From the NCBI GenBank assembly GCA_045837725.1, contig JBEWZL010000243.1:248001-312000 (forward strand): a stretch of DNA of 64,000 bases. The letters run 5' to 3'. Below are positions 1-12,672 of the stretch, piece after piece. Numbering within the stretch: position 1 is the stretch's first letter; every line of letters begins with the position of its first letter. The notes under the pieces are model-generated. The model saw only the letters and a program-made list of their open reading frames with translations. It was not told the DNA's origin and did no database searches. A program made the translations under genes and the position numbers. Source of the DNA: Vermamoeba vermiformis. Taxonomy: Eukaryota.

Positions 1-1161
<1,161 letters not shown>

Positions 1162-1252
1162 GAATTCTGGATGTATCATAGCGACATTTAACTAAACCGA
1201 TTTATTATGTACAAATACGCGAGTTGATAAGCAATATGCACAGCCCCTATTA

Positions 1253-1810
1253 TTAGTTCATCGCATCTGCTTGACGACGCAGGGGAGGGCCATTGTCTAC
1301 TTTGATGCCTTGGGACTCAAAATCACCGTACGGCTTCTGTTCGAGCTTCTTAACACTAGCAATGGTAATATTAATACGATATACGTATGATATAACTATG
1401 TAATAGTGAGCCAAAAACGAATTGAATATTTACCGTCGTTTGTGTGTCTTTTCTTGAAGATGTGCTTCCTCTGCTTTTTGACTGATAAAATATCGACTAT
1501 AATATGGGTTCATTAATAATTGTCCTTGATAATTGCTAAACTAATGCAGGAAAATTATGCGATCTGACAGATCCAAACATACTCGCAAGCTTGGCAATAA
1601 AACTTTCCGAAGCCCGGCAAATCAGGATCAAACTTCTTCTTAGCTTTTTTCATATTGGGCTTGGGGTTATTAATCTCGTCGTAAATCTGATCCAAATCTA
1701 CAAAACAGATCGTGTCAATGGCGTAGTTTGGTTGATGGATTGATGTTACCTTTCTTTCGTCGAGCTGTTACATGTCGCTTGGACACCTTTTGAGGTTTGA
1801 ACTTGCCCAT
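1253..1810 (-). CDS. ZNF593: Zinc finger protein 593 / Bud20 (pre-60S factor), 4 exons; missed by the ORF track
   Basis: Spliced translation MGKFKPQKVSKRHVTARRKK-DLDQIYDEI...DPDLPGFGKFYCQACDRYFISQKAEEAHLQEKTHKRRVKKLEQKPY. C2H2 finger with the family DLDQI and DLPG-G-FYC motifs; GT-AG introns. Confidence 0.9.
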
Positions 1811-1906
1811 CTGTGTTCGTCAGTTGTAGTGTGCGTGAATTCTGATCAGATCGCAGCGAACGGTTTTTTTATTCAAACAGTCACTGATGTGCAATGAGTG
1901 GTTAAT

Positions 1907-4900
1907 TTACATGGATTCATTGGCAAGCTTCTCTTGACCAGCTGCGCCTCCTTGCTGCCAATACTGTCGTCCGAGTTCGGTACATCCAAATCGTTTGAGG
2001 TGATAGCCGTATTCGACGTAAATCATCTCTTTAAGTTGCGCGAATGGCACCGTTCGTTCAGGATTGCTATTAGAAGATGTAGTGCTCGGTGCTGGTGCAG
2101 TGCTGGGCTCAATCTGCGTGGTGTCGTGGAGCGAGATCTGCGCCACCGAGTGCTGCAGTGCCGCGACTGATGCAGCACCTTCGCTCTCCTCACTGCGCGC
2201 AACAGTACTCTCAGCGAGCAGCTTGTCGAGGCCAGTCTCCTCGCAGGCCCGTACCAGCAGTGCCGCCAAGTCGTGCAGCTCAGCCTTGTGCAGCACTTGC
2301 AGCGCGTGCGTGAACATGCCCAGCGAGAGGTAGAGTTCGAGTGCGAGTTGATGTTGCTGCACCGTGAACAGGTAGTGCGCCCATCGCACGAGTACTTCGC
2401 GACACTGCGGGGCATGCGAGGGGTAGTGCAGCTTGACGAGCCAGGCAGCGTCAGTCCAGCGATCGTAGCTCTGCAAGTACCGCGCGGCATCGCGCACTCC
2501 CTTCGAGGCCTGCAGCTGCGGCGAGGGCACGGGCACGAGGGGATCTGCGGGCATGAGTGAGAGCAGCTGCACGCCCTCATCGATCATGCCCTCGGCGATG
2601 AGTTGACTGCTGACGAGCTTGACCGTGTTCTTGAGGTGTTCGGCGCTCTGACTGGCCGCGATCAGACACGACTTGAGCAGGTTCTGATAGTAGTGCGGGT
2701 GCTGCGGATTGGTCTCGAGCAGCAGTTCGATCGCTTTGTCTTTCTCGCCCAGCAGCAGCAAGTGATCGCCCATCTTCTTCGTCATCTCGTACGGTGCACT
2801 CACATTGCGCTTTTTGGTGTGCAAGTGTGCTAAAAATAGATGCGTGCGCTTCAGATCTTCGTTGTCGCGCAGCAGATCGTAGCACTCGGGCAGTGACCAG
2901 TGCGGATGTTGCATGGCTGGACCCTCTGCATCGTCGCGCGATCGATCCAGTGTGCTGTAATACTCCTTATTTAGCAACACCTTCTCCATGAAGTACAGCA
3001 CCAGGGTCCAAAAGCGAATTTCATCGAGATTTCCAAAGTACTTGGCCACGAGCAGTGCCCGCGCTGCAGTGTCGCTGATGAGTGGCTGACTGGGTGCGTG
3101 CAGTGCATCGAGTGCGAGGACGAGTTCAGCATCGACCAGGGCGCGCAGTTCCGTGCTGAGATGTGTCGCGCCGTGCAGCAGTGCGGTCTTGAGCTGCATG
3201 GCCTGATCGGGACTGAGCAACAGCGGCGAGGGACGGGTGGGCAGCGGCTGATTGACACGTGCGATCAGTGGACTGTGCGCACGAGCACGTGACAGCTGAT
3301 CACGTGACGAGGCCGCGAGTCTGTCACGCGTGCCGTGCCAAGTGAGTGCGCTGTTGGTGGTGGTCATGTTCTTGTCCATCACGCGCATGCAGCCGTCACT
3401 CGTCGCTGCGGTCAGAGGGGTGAGTCAGAGGTCTGAGTACGCGTGTTGATCACGTGATCACTTACCAATCACGAGCTGATGTTCAGAGAGCCAGTCCACA
3501 TCCACAGCGCGGAGATTTCGCTGTCTGAGTGCGGTGCTGAGCGAGACACGCGTGTTGCGATCAATGTCCCACACACCGAACTCGCCGTCGTTGAACAGCA
3601 CCACGATCTGATGCTGCGTGCTCGGCGAGAACTTGATGCGACGAATCACGCCCTTGTTGGTCTGGTACGTGCTCGACTTGCCCGGTGTGTCCAAGTTGTG
3701 CACGTGAATGGTGCCGAGTGTATCTCCCGTGACGAGATAGCGCTCCTTCATCGCGAGGGCGGAGGAGACATTGCTGGGCCCAGTCTCGACAGGGAGCGGT
3801 GCTGCTGTCACCACACTGCTGTCCACTTTGAATGACTTGAGCGAGCCGTCAGGGGATGCAAACACGAACTGTTCGAGCACGTGACTGTCGAATGCGGTCA
3901 CTGGTGGCGTGCTGTACGCGGTCAGCGAGTGCGCAGCGAGCAAGTCCAGCGAGGCACTCTTGTCCGCTGGTGAGGGTGTGGCCGTGCTGGGTGCCCATTC
4001 AATAGCAGTGATCTGCACGTAGGGCTTGAGCGTGCGGAGCAGCGTGTAGGTCTTGAGCGACCAGATCTGGAACGGCTGATCTTTGAGCAGCACAATCAGA
4101 TAGCTCTTCGCAGGACTGGGTCTGATGCCGCGGATGTACGTGTTCTCGGGATCTGTCTTCTTGCGTATGTCCGTGTGCTGGCCCGTGCGAATGTCACTCA
4201 TCACAATGCGATTCACGTACAGGCCCTTGTCCACGCAGGTCGAAGAGAACGAGATCACGTGATGTTCGTCCAACCACCGCACACCGCGCACACTCACATT
4301 GTTCGCGAGGGCATCGCTGGCCCCCGCAGCAGTCACCGTGCTGGGCGTGAACAGTTGAAAAGTGTGGCGCGGCACAAAGTCACTGGGCCCGTAGATGAGC
4401 AGCAGTCCATTGTCGAGTCCTGCAGCCAGCATGCCAGTGTTGAGGTGCACGCCAATGGTGTTGATGCGACAGTGGTGCGAGGGCTGTTGCGCGACACTGA
4501 GCTGTGTGAGTGCCGTCATGCCGCTGTCCAGCACACTCACCACGCGCAGTTCACACTTGCCGCGCTTGACACTCACACTCTGCGCGCTGAACTGCGGTGC
4601 GTAGAGGTCAAATGGCGCACTCAACACACTGGTGCGCATCGCTCCTTCGTCCTCATCGCGCCACTCCACGGCCATGCTGTCAAACACGCGTGTCAGTGGT
4701 GACATGTTGACAGGTGTCAATCGAATACTTACACCGAGCCATCGCTAGAGGTGACGTACAAGTAGCGATCAGAGAGAGGACTGAGTGCCATGGAGTAGAT
4801 GAGACTGCTCTTCTTCTTGGCAGACTTGTTGTGGCGCGTCAGATCCAAGCACGCGCACAGTTCAAACTGGTAGTGGTCGCTGCTCTCTCTGCGCTTCCAC

Positions 4901-6054
4901 GCCGTGATGACATTCTCCTCGTGCAGACAGAACAGCAGATTGGGACTCTGCTGCGAGAGACAGAGCTGTTTGAGCGGTGGCTTGGTCCTGTCGAGCAGCA
5001 TCACCGCGACACTCTGATTCAGCGAGAGATCGAACACCAAGATGCGCTTCTCCAGCAAGAAGAACACAATGTGGCGGTGGTGCGGTGAGAAGCACATCTG
5101 CACGTAGTCGCTCTTCAGTGTCGCATCGCTGCCCTGCGAGTTGATCTTGTACTTGAGCTCCACGAGTCGCGGTGCAGCCTCGAGCTTGAAGTCCTTCACC
5201 ACAAATATGCCCCCGTGCGGTGTTGCGAGACATGCCTGCTGCGTGTCAAAGGGATTCACGTGCAGCGAGATGATCGGATCTGGCAGTTCAATGCGCCACA
5301 CCACCGTGCCAGTGAGCGTGTTGTACATGACGAGGTGATTCGGATAGTGCACAGCGGCCAGCAAGTGGCGTGCGTGTCGTGCGCGCATCCACTGCACATC
5401 GAGCACCGCGCCGAGTTTGAGCTCCGTGCCGCTGAATCGTGTCAGCTGCGTATGTGGCTGCGCGACATTCCACACCACAATGTTGCCCTGCAGATCACCT
5501 GACGCGAGCTGCAGCAGTGAGCTGCGATCTGATTCGAGATTGAGCACGTGATGCGACCAGGCCAGGGCGGTGATCAGTGTCACGTGCTCGTCCAGGGTCG
5601 TGATCACGCGCACTGGTGGCACTGCTGTCGTCACCACCACCACCGAGTGCAGGGCGAGTGCTGTCAGTCCTGCGGAAGACACTTCCATAATAGGCAATGG
5701 TTGACAGCTCTGCGCACCGACCTGCGAGGCGAGCGAGGACAGATTTGACTGCGAGGCGGTGTTGCTACTGCCACCAAGCAGTGCAGCGAGTGGTCCAGCA
5801 GCAGCGAGTGGGGAGGTACTGCCGCTAGGTGAGTTCATGTACGCTTGTGGACTCTCGAGCGGATTCAGCGGTGAGTTGAGACCTGATGCGTACAATGCGA
5901 GCAAGTCTCGCTGCGCTGGGGACTGAGCAGCGGTAGATAGCAACGCAGATACGATCGAGGAGGGACCTGGATATGGTTGTGGTCCTAATATCACTCGGTG
6001 AGGGTTGGGCTGGGCCAGAGGATGATTTAGATGTGGATCTGTGTTGTTGGCCAT
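1907..6054 (-). CDS. WDR11: WD repeat-containing protein 11 (3 exons)
   Basis: ORFs 4729-6054, 3458-4720 and 1907-3388 join through short GT-AG introns. Motifs LASGDLQGNIVVWNV, LLAAVHYPNHLVMYNT, FGNLDEIRFW, KAIELLLET, GVQLLSL, AARYLQSYDRWTDAAWL match WDR11. Confidence 0.88.
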
Positions 6055-6431
6055 TGTATATTCACTTGTATGTGCGCGTATATTCGTATGATTAATTGTG
6101 CAGTGATCTATTGTAATAATATTAATTAGAGGTCAATGCGAAACTTATCGATAAAATTCGGATGTGTCTCACTACGCACTACAAGTGATACATGTGCTCG
6201 TCTCAGTGAAGAAGTGACTAGATCAACAATGTAATATATATAACAGGTCACTACTGCTCAGTTGTGGCAGTCAGTGATGGTAAAATGATCAATAATAATC
6301 AATTGAATATGTGTTCGCTGTCCACCAACACAGTGGCACTCATCATGTAATGACTAAGAGTGGCGCACATTATATACGATATATCTAATACAATAACGCA
6401 TTGAATTATAGTCTGTTAACTCGCCTTTGCA

Positions 6432-8947
6432 ATGGGCAATGAGATCGGGTACGCAAAAAAATCTACAAAAAACTTCAGATAATTTAAATTAAATCCTTAT
6501 GCAAGCCCATTATTCAAATGTATCATTAATATGGTTTTTGATGGACAGCAAATCACTGAAAAATGTTGTAATGTCAAACCCGGATGTGGGCTTTGCCGAG
6601 CTACCTCAGAGCACAGAACCAGAGCCAGTACGCAAGAGCAGTGGTGCCGCGCATGACAACAAGGTAATTGATGGCAGCACTCAACTCGCAGCTCACTAGT
6701 CAGCAGACAGCAGATCCGACTGAAGTGCCCTGGGACGAAGTGCTCAAAAGTATACGCGCCGCGGACTACGAGCAGGCAGTGCACTTGCTGTCGCGCGACA
6801 CCGAGTTGACAGCACAGCTCCGCAAGCACGAGATTGCACAGCTCTCCACGCGCGAGAGACTGCTGCACGTGATTCGCTTCAAATTCTTCGACAGCGTCAA
6901 GCAGCAACAGCGCGAACTCTCTGCCAAGTACGTAGCGCATCATGTCGTATAGATATATATGTATATGATATATATGTACATGTGTATATGTATGTGTAGC
7001 TCAGGGACACTACTCACCTCCGCGCAGATTTGCAGTCCTGTTCGACAACTGTGGTGGCAACAAGCGCGAGGCCCTGGAATATTTGCAGCATCACGTGGAG
7101 CAGATGTTGGCAGCACGCCCGACACCGAATCACGTGACCACGACTGTTTCACTGAACGATCTCGAGCACGTGCTCAAGGGCTACACGACACTGCTGCGCG
7201 TGCTGGAAGACTACGCGTACATTGAACAGATCTTTGGCCTGCCGACCTGGCTCGTGTTCGTGTCACGTGGTCTGCAAGTGAACGAGCACGTGATTCAGGG
7301 CACACTCAAGCACTGGCAGCTTGAACATCGGGGCCTGTTGGCAGATATTGAGAGTGCGCGACGTGGTGATGGCACTGTGCCAGCTGAGCGCATGGAGCAC
7401 GTGACCCGCACGCTGGATCAACTGGCACTGCTGGCAAACAGATCTGAGCACTACAAAGCAGCTGTCAAGCTGTTCTACGAGGTATGCGAAGACTTTGCAC
7501 TTATTCGTTGACACGTGTCACATGTCACTGACAGTGTTTGACAGCGTGCAGCGACACGACTCGGACTGCAGGGCTACAGCTTCATCAGCAAGAGTTCAGC
7601 AGTTGCGTCACGTGACTCCAAACAGCTCGTGATTGAAGATCACGTTCATGAATCACTCGCGCTATTCAGTGCGGTCTCAGAATTGTTGCAAACATTCTAC
7701 CTGCCCCTCGAACAATTCTTCTTGCAGCACAGCATCACCACGGTAAGTACCGCGCTGCTCACTCCTCGAATCACGTGCTGATCACATTGCTATATTTGGC
7801 AATCAGATGTTTGCAGACAGTGATCGCGAGCTGCGTGCCGAGGACACGACGAATGACACGCGCGGCAGTGTGCTGGACGTGGTGTTTGTGATGCTCGAAC
7901 AGGCCATGACACGCGTGCTGATCACTGCCAATCACGCGATCATTGCCACCATGATTGAACACCTCGCGCATCAGACGATAGTGCATCATCTGGTGACGCG
8001 TGAGCTGGCAGGACGTGTGCGTGCCCTGGTGACTGATCTGCAAACACAGCTCTCAGGCGTGCTCAAGAAGATTGCCACCACCAGTGCGGCACCCGCCAGT
8101 GAGCTCACCCTCGCCTGGCTCCTCGTAAGTACTGTCCCTCGTACACCGATTAGTCTGTCTCACTTGGCTGCAGTACTGGCTGAACGAGCTGAGTGCCGTG
8201 CCGAGTGATCTCGATCGATTGCGCGATCAGCTGCTCGTGATTGCCAAACAGAGTAGTCGCGTGCCACTCGACCAGGGCCAGCTGTCACTCGAACAACTCG
8301 TCACGGAGCACATGACACGTGCTAAGACGAGCTGTCAACAACTCATCTCCACTGTGACACGTGATCTCGTGGCCGCGGTGATTTATCCGCAGTGCTGTCG
8401 CAGTCACGTGACACGCTTTGAACGACTGGACTACGACATTGACGCGAGCAAGTACAAGGACTACGAGCTGAATGACCCGTGGATCAAAGCACTCATCGAT
8501 GATCTGCGCGCACTGCTCGTGGTGTCGTGGCAGCACAAGCACGTGATTCACCGTGACGCGTGGTGGCACCTGATGGTGGCAGTGCTGGAGCTGCTGCTGA
8601 GTGACATGGAGCGCGTCATCACCACCAAGCTCGTCTTCTCGCCACTCGGAGCCATACAGCTCGACAACGACGTGCGGCACCTGTTCGAGTTCAGTGCAGC
8701 ACTGGTGGCTCCTGATCACTCGGTGCGCAATCAGTTCACGCGCATGTTGCAGATCTGCTCGCTGCTCAGCTTGGAGCGCGTGACTGAAGTGTACGAGTAC
8801 TGGACCCCTGCACACACGCACACCCCTGCGCGCGAGGGCGAGGTGGCAGACACGATCAAGTGGTCGCTCACGGCTGATCAGGTCAAAGCGGTGCTCAAAC
8901 GACGCCGCGACTTCAAAGCAGATCTGGTCGACAGACTCAAGCTCTGA
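6432..8947 (+). CDS. COG4: COG4-like CATCHR protein, N-terminally truncated, multi-exon
   Basis: IRAADYEQAVHLL near the N-terminus, VLDVVFVMLEQAMTR, and C-terminal FSPLGAIQLDNDVR...RNQFTRMLQICSLLSLERVTEVYEYW...WSLTADQVKAVLKRRRDF match COG4. First exon 6432-6448 inferred from splice sites. Confidence 0.8.
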
Positions 8948-9053
8948 TCGCGCTGCACTATAATAATGTCCCTCGTCGTGTCTTGTAAATAGTGAATTCT
9001 TATGCATTTATTACTACTACGACTATATATACCTATACAACACAGGGGGGCGC

Positions 9054-9836
9054 TTATTTCTCGACGACAGCATTGCGACGCTCCTTCTTGACAGCCTCAG
9101 CGCGCACATCTTGCTTGAGGGTGCGGCGATAGATGTCCTTCATCCAGTCCTTCTCCAGTCGATTCAGATCGCTCGTCGCTGCCACGCGCCATGCTCGTCG
9201 CGTCGCTTTGTTCTCCTCGCGCTTGCCAGCGTGGTAGTCGATCCAAGCGCGCAGTCGTTCTTTGCGCGCAGCTTTCTCAGCAGCGGAGAGCTCCGTCTTG
9301 CGCTGGGGGGCCTCGCGATAGGGCGGCAGCGGTGCCACTTGATCGAGCCACTGCGGATCTACTTTGTACTGCTTGGCTACGGGGGCTGTGGGGTCCTTCA
9401 ATCGAGCCTCACGCACTGCACGCAACTCTTTCTGCGACAACTGGTGTGTAACGAGAAGTGGTTAGATCGAGAAGTGGATCTGTGGCGTAATTTGTACCGA
9501 GTGACTCAATTAATTTAATAATAGTTGAATACACTCGTATTTGATACGAATTGTGCACTCGTGTCTTGTACTATTAATTTAACGTGATTTTTAATATTAT
9601 TACGATTATTTTTTTTTATAGCTTGCCAGTCCATCAAATAACACTATAATATGAGCTAATTAATATATAATTACCTTTTGTTTTTTTCTGGTCTTGGTAG
9701 CATTGGTATTGAGTTCAATTGCAGTGGTGGTTGTGGCTGGATGTATCAACACTGAAGAGCATCGAACACTCGCGTGCTTGCGAGCACTGCACACTACATT
9801 GCGTGTAGTGCGCTGTATAATATGCAGCGGCAACAT
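9054..9836 (-). CDS. Mitochondrion-targeted protein, probable mitoribosomal mL40-like
   Basis: Arg/Ser-rich acid-poor N-terminus (MLPLHIIQRTTRNVVCSARKHASVRCSS), one AT-rich intron. ELSAAEKAARKERLRAWIDYH...DLNRLEKDWMKDIYRRTLKQD resembles the mL40 helix pattern. Confidence 0.45.
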
Positions 9837-9997
9837 ACTCTGATTGTGTTGTGCAGATCTGCGTTGCCAATAAATGACACTTATCTCCGTTCGGTGCAGT
9901 CTTATTGACGCAGTGCACTAGAACGCCACTACAAGTACTAGTTGCAGCATATATATACACACCACTTCGACTATCAATGCACGTCTAGTGGCCACAC

Positions 9998-11586
9998 ATG
10001 AGCACATCAGCACTACGACTCACAGCCATCATTGTCTTAGGTGTAGCAGTGCGTGTCTTGCTGCACTTGGCTGGCTTTCAAGAGATATTTGCCACCTCGT
10101 ACGAGATCAGCACGCCCGTCAGCAGTCACAAGCGCAGTACGTACTGGTCGTGATTGCCCTGTTGGCTGACGTCAGATCTGCTTTGGAAAATTATTTTAAA
10201 TTATTAGCTTGTCAGAGCTATCAAGGATATTACATCGTGACGTCGTATTTCACTGCATACATATTTCTAGATTTCTAATGCCGCATCTTAGTTCTGGAAG
10301 GTTTGTACTTGCAATCAGTTGGCCAATCACCCTATCAAGGCTCAGTCTACAATCAACCCCCCTTAATATTATCTCTCATCGGTTATCTACTGCAATTCAA
10401 GCAATACTACGCCGTACAACTGTTCTACATCTGCTTGGATGTGCTCAACGCGGTGTTGCTGTACAAGATCTTGCAGCTGCACCGTCCACAACAAGTGCGC
10501 GAGTTGGAGGAAGAGAAAGTGCTGCGCGAGATGAGTGCCACTGAGAGCACTGCGCTGCAACAACAAGCCAGCAAGTACACCACGCTGCATCTGCTTCCCA
10601 CCTTGCCCGAGCTGAGTGCCGCGCTGTACCTGCTCAATCCCTACACGTGGATGTCTACCGTCGCACTCTCACCCACCCTGCTCTTCAACACGGCGGTGAT
10701 TGTGCTGCTCTACGCCGCACTCGCACACCGCGCACTGCTGGCACTCTGCGCCCTGGCCCTCGCGACCTATCTCGTGCCACATGCCATCGTGTTGGTGGCA
10801 CCTGTCATCGTGCTGCTGCAGCTGCGGGTAAGCGACCTTTGTGTGCTCGTGACACGTGTCATACTCACCTCTCACGTGACAGCTGTCAACACGTGTCATG
10901 TTCGTGGTGTCAACATTGCTCGCGGTGACAGCACTGCTCTACGTGACTGACACGTGGAGTGTGGAGCGCGTGCTGCAGAGCTACGGCACGACACTGCTGG
11001 CGAGTGACTTGCAGCCGAACATTGGCCTGTTCTGGTACTACTTCACGGAGATATTCACGCACTTCCGCGCCTTCTTCTTGTTCGTGTTCCAGTACCACCT
11101 GTTCATCTACTTCATTCCCCTCACGTGGCGACTCAGGTACGTAGCTGCTGTGGTACTGAGGACCAGGGCTCATTGCATTGATTGCGCAGAGATCACCCCG
11201 AGCTGGTCTATTGGGCCCTCGTTGCAGCCATGGCGATATTCAAAGCCTATCCCAGTGTCGCTGACATCTCGCTGCACTTGTCCATGCTGCCACTCTTCGT
11301 GCACAAATTGCGTGGTGCGTAACTCACTGATTCATGATTGCTCGATTGATATTAACTGGCCACAGAATTGCATTATGGCTTTGTCATCGGCTGTGGATTT
11401 GTTTACATCACGGTACTCGCACCAATCATCTGGCGCATGTGGATATTCACTGGAACAGGCAATGCCAACTTCTATTACGGACTTAACCTTGCGCTTGCTG
11501 TATTGCAGATCTTGTTAGTGACTGACTCGCTATCTGCCGTTCTAAAGCGTGATTTCTTACTCCGCTATGTACAGAAACAAAAATAA
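9998..11586 (+). CDS. PIGU: GPI transamidase subunit PIG-U / Gab1
   Basis: EISTPVSSHKRILEGLYL, SPYQGSVYNQPPL, YLLNPYT, DLQPNIGLFWYYFTEIFTHFRAFF, FKAYPSVAD, WIFTGTGNANFYYG. Multiple TM segments; 4 introns. Confidence 0.93.
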
Positions 11587-11864
11587 TGTAATAAACTGTA
11601 ATGCATTTTGTTTATTCACACGGTGTCGTGACTTTTAACCATTTGTACTCCCTATTTGACTCATGCTGATGCCACAAATTGATTACAAGTCCTCAACACA
11701 GCAGAGTCTCCAAAATTGGTAACTCAACCCAAAGTGGCAGGACAACCTCCCATGGGGAAACTGCACTGGATGACATAGCCAACCAAGGTGAGACGTCCAG
11801 CCCAGCTAAGTTATCTGGCCCAGACAAGTTGCATGTCCTGGGTGAGAGTTATCCCTTGACAAGT

Positions 11865-12600
11865 TGCAAAGAACTTCTTTTTGTGTTGGGTGACCATAAT
11901 GCACTGAGTAACCATTGACAGGACGCGCCATTAGATACAGCTAATTTGAGATCTAGATTTTAACGTCAACACATCAAATCTGATTTATTTCTTGATAGGA
12001 TGCTGAGCCATTAGTGAAGAAGCCTCTGAAAGGAGTTCAAATCTAAATCTGCCAACTGAAGATTCTACAAGAACTTTTTTTGCAAAACCAAACAGTTTGT
12101 TGTGAAATAACCACCAACATAGTGCGTGTGGTCTCTTCTCAAGGCAGAACTCAAATTCAAGCTCATGACATCGCCCATGGTGCTGTTTCTCTTCACAAAG
12201 CGATTAGGTGCAGAGGTTTTTGGCCATGTCACCCATAAGTGTGGAGGTTGCAAAGCTTGTGGAAGATGGCCAGTCCAGCTTGGCTCGGCTATCCGGAACG
12301 CTTTGGCTAGCTGGAGGCAGGTAGTGGAAACTTGGGTTGGCAACCATGCAGAAGTCCCAGGTTCAAATCCCAGCCAGCATACCTGATTTTTATTTATTTG
12401 TATGGCTTGGTACATGCTCAAGGTGGACTGAAACTGTCAACCACACTGACGTCATGGGTTCAAATCCCATGGGTAGCATTAATTATTATCCACATAGTTG
12501 CATGATCTTTGTTGCTTTTTCAGCTAGTAGGTTCATAATTGAAGGAACAATGGTTACTTAGTGCATTATGGTTACCCAACACAAAAAGAAGTTCTTTGCA
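11865..12600. mobile_element. Non-autonomous TIR (MITE-like) element, 736 bp, with 53-bp terminal inverted repeats
   Basis: 11865-11917 and the reverse complement of 12548-12600 match at 51/53 nt (TGCAAAGAACTTCTTTTTGTGTTGGGT...CCATTG). No coding capacity and no clear target-site duplication. Confidence 0.7.
12306..12478 (+). pseudogene. Two tandem degenerate tRNA-like units (T-arm / Pol III B-box) inside the MITE
   Basis: CCCAGGTTCAAATCCCAGCCAGCA (~12356-12379) and CATGGGTTCAAATCCCATGGGTAGCA (~12453-12478, perfect 6-bp stem). D and anticodon arms do not fold canonically. Confidence 0.5.
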
Positions 12601-12672
12601 CACCCTCCATATACTTATCCAGAAGTTTTTACTTGGTGGACGTCCTGTCTGGCAAAAATTGGATGTCTGCCA

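Noticed and set aside
6948-6998. TA/TG-rich microsatellite-like tract
   Set aside because: Ordinary low-complexity sequence inside a COG4-like intron.
12306-12478. Functional tRNA genes
   Set aside because: Only the T-arm and partial acceptor stem are recognisable; no canonical D arm or 7-nt anticodon loop.
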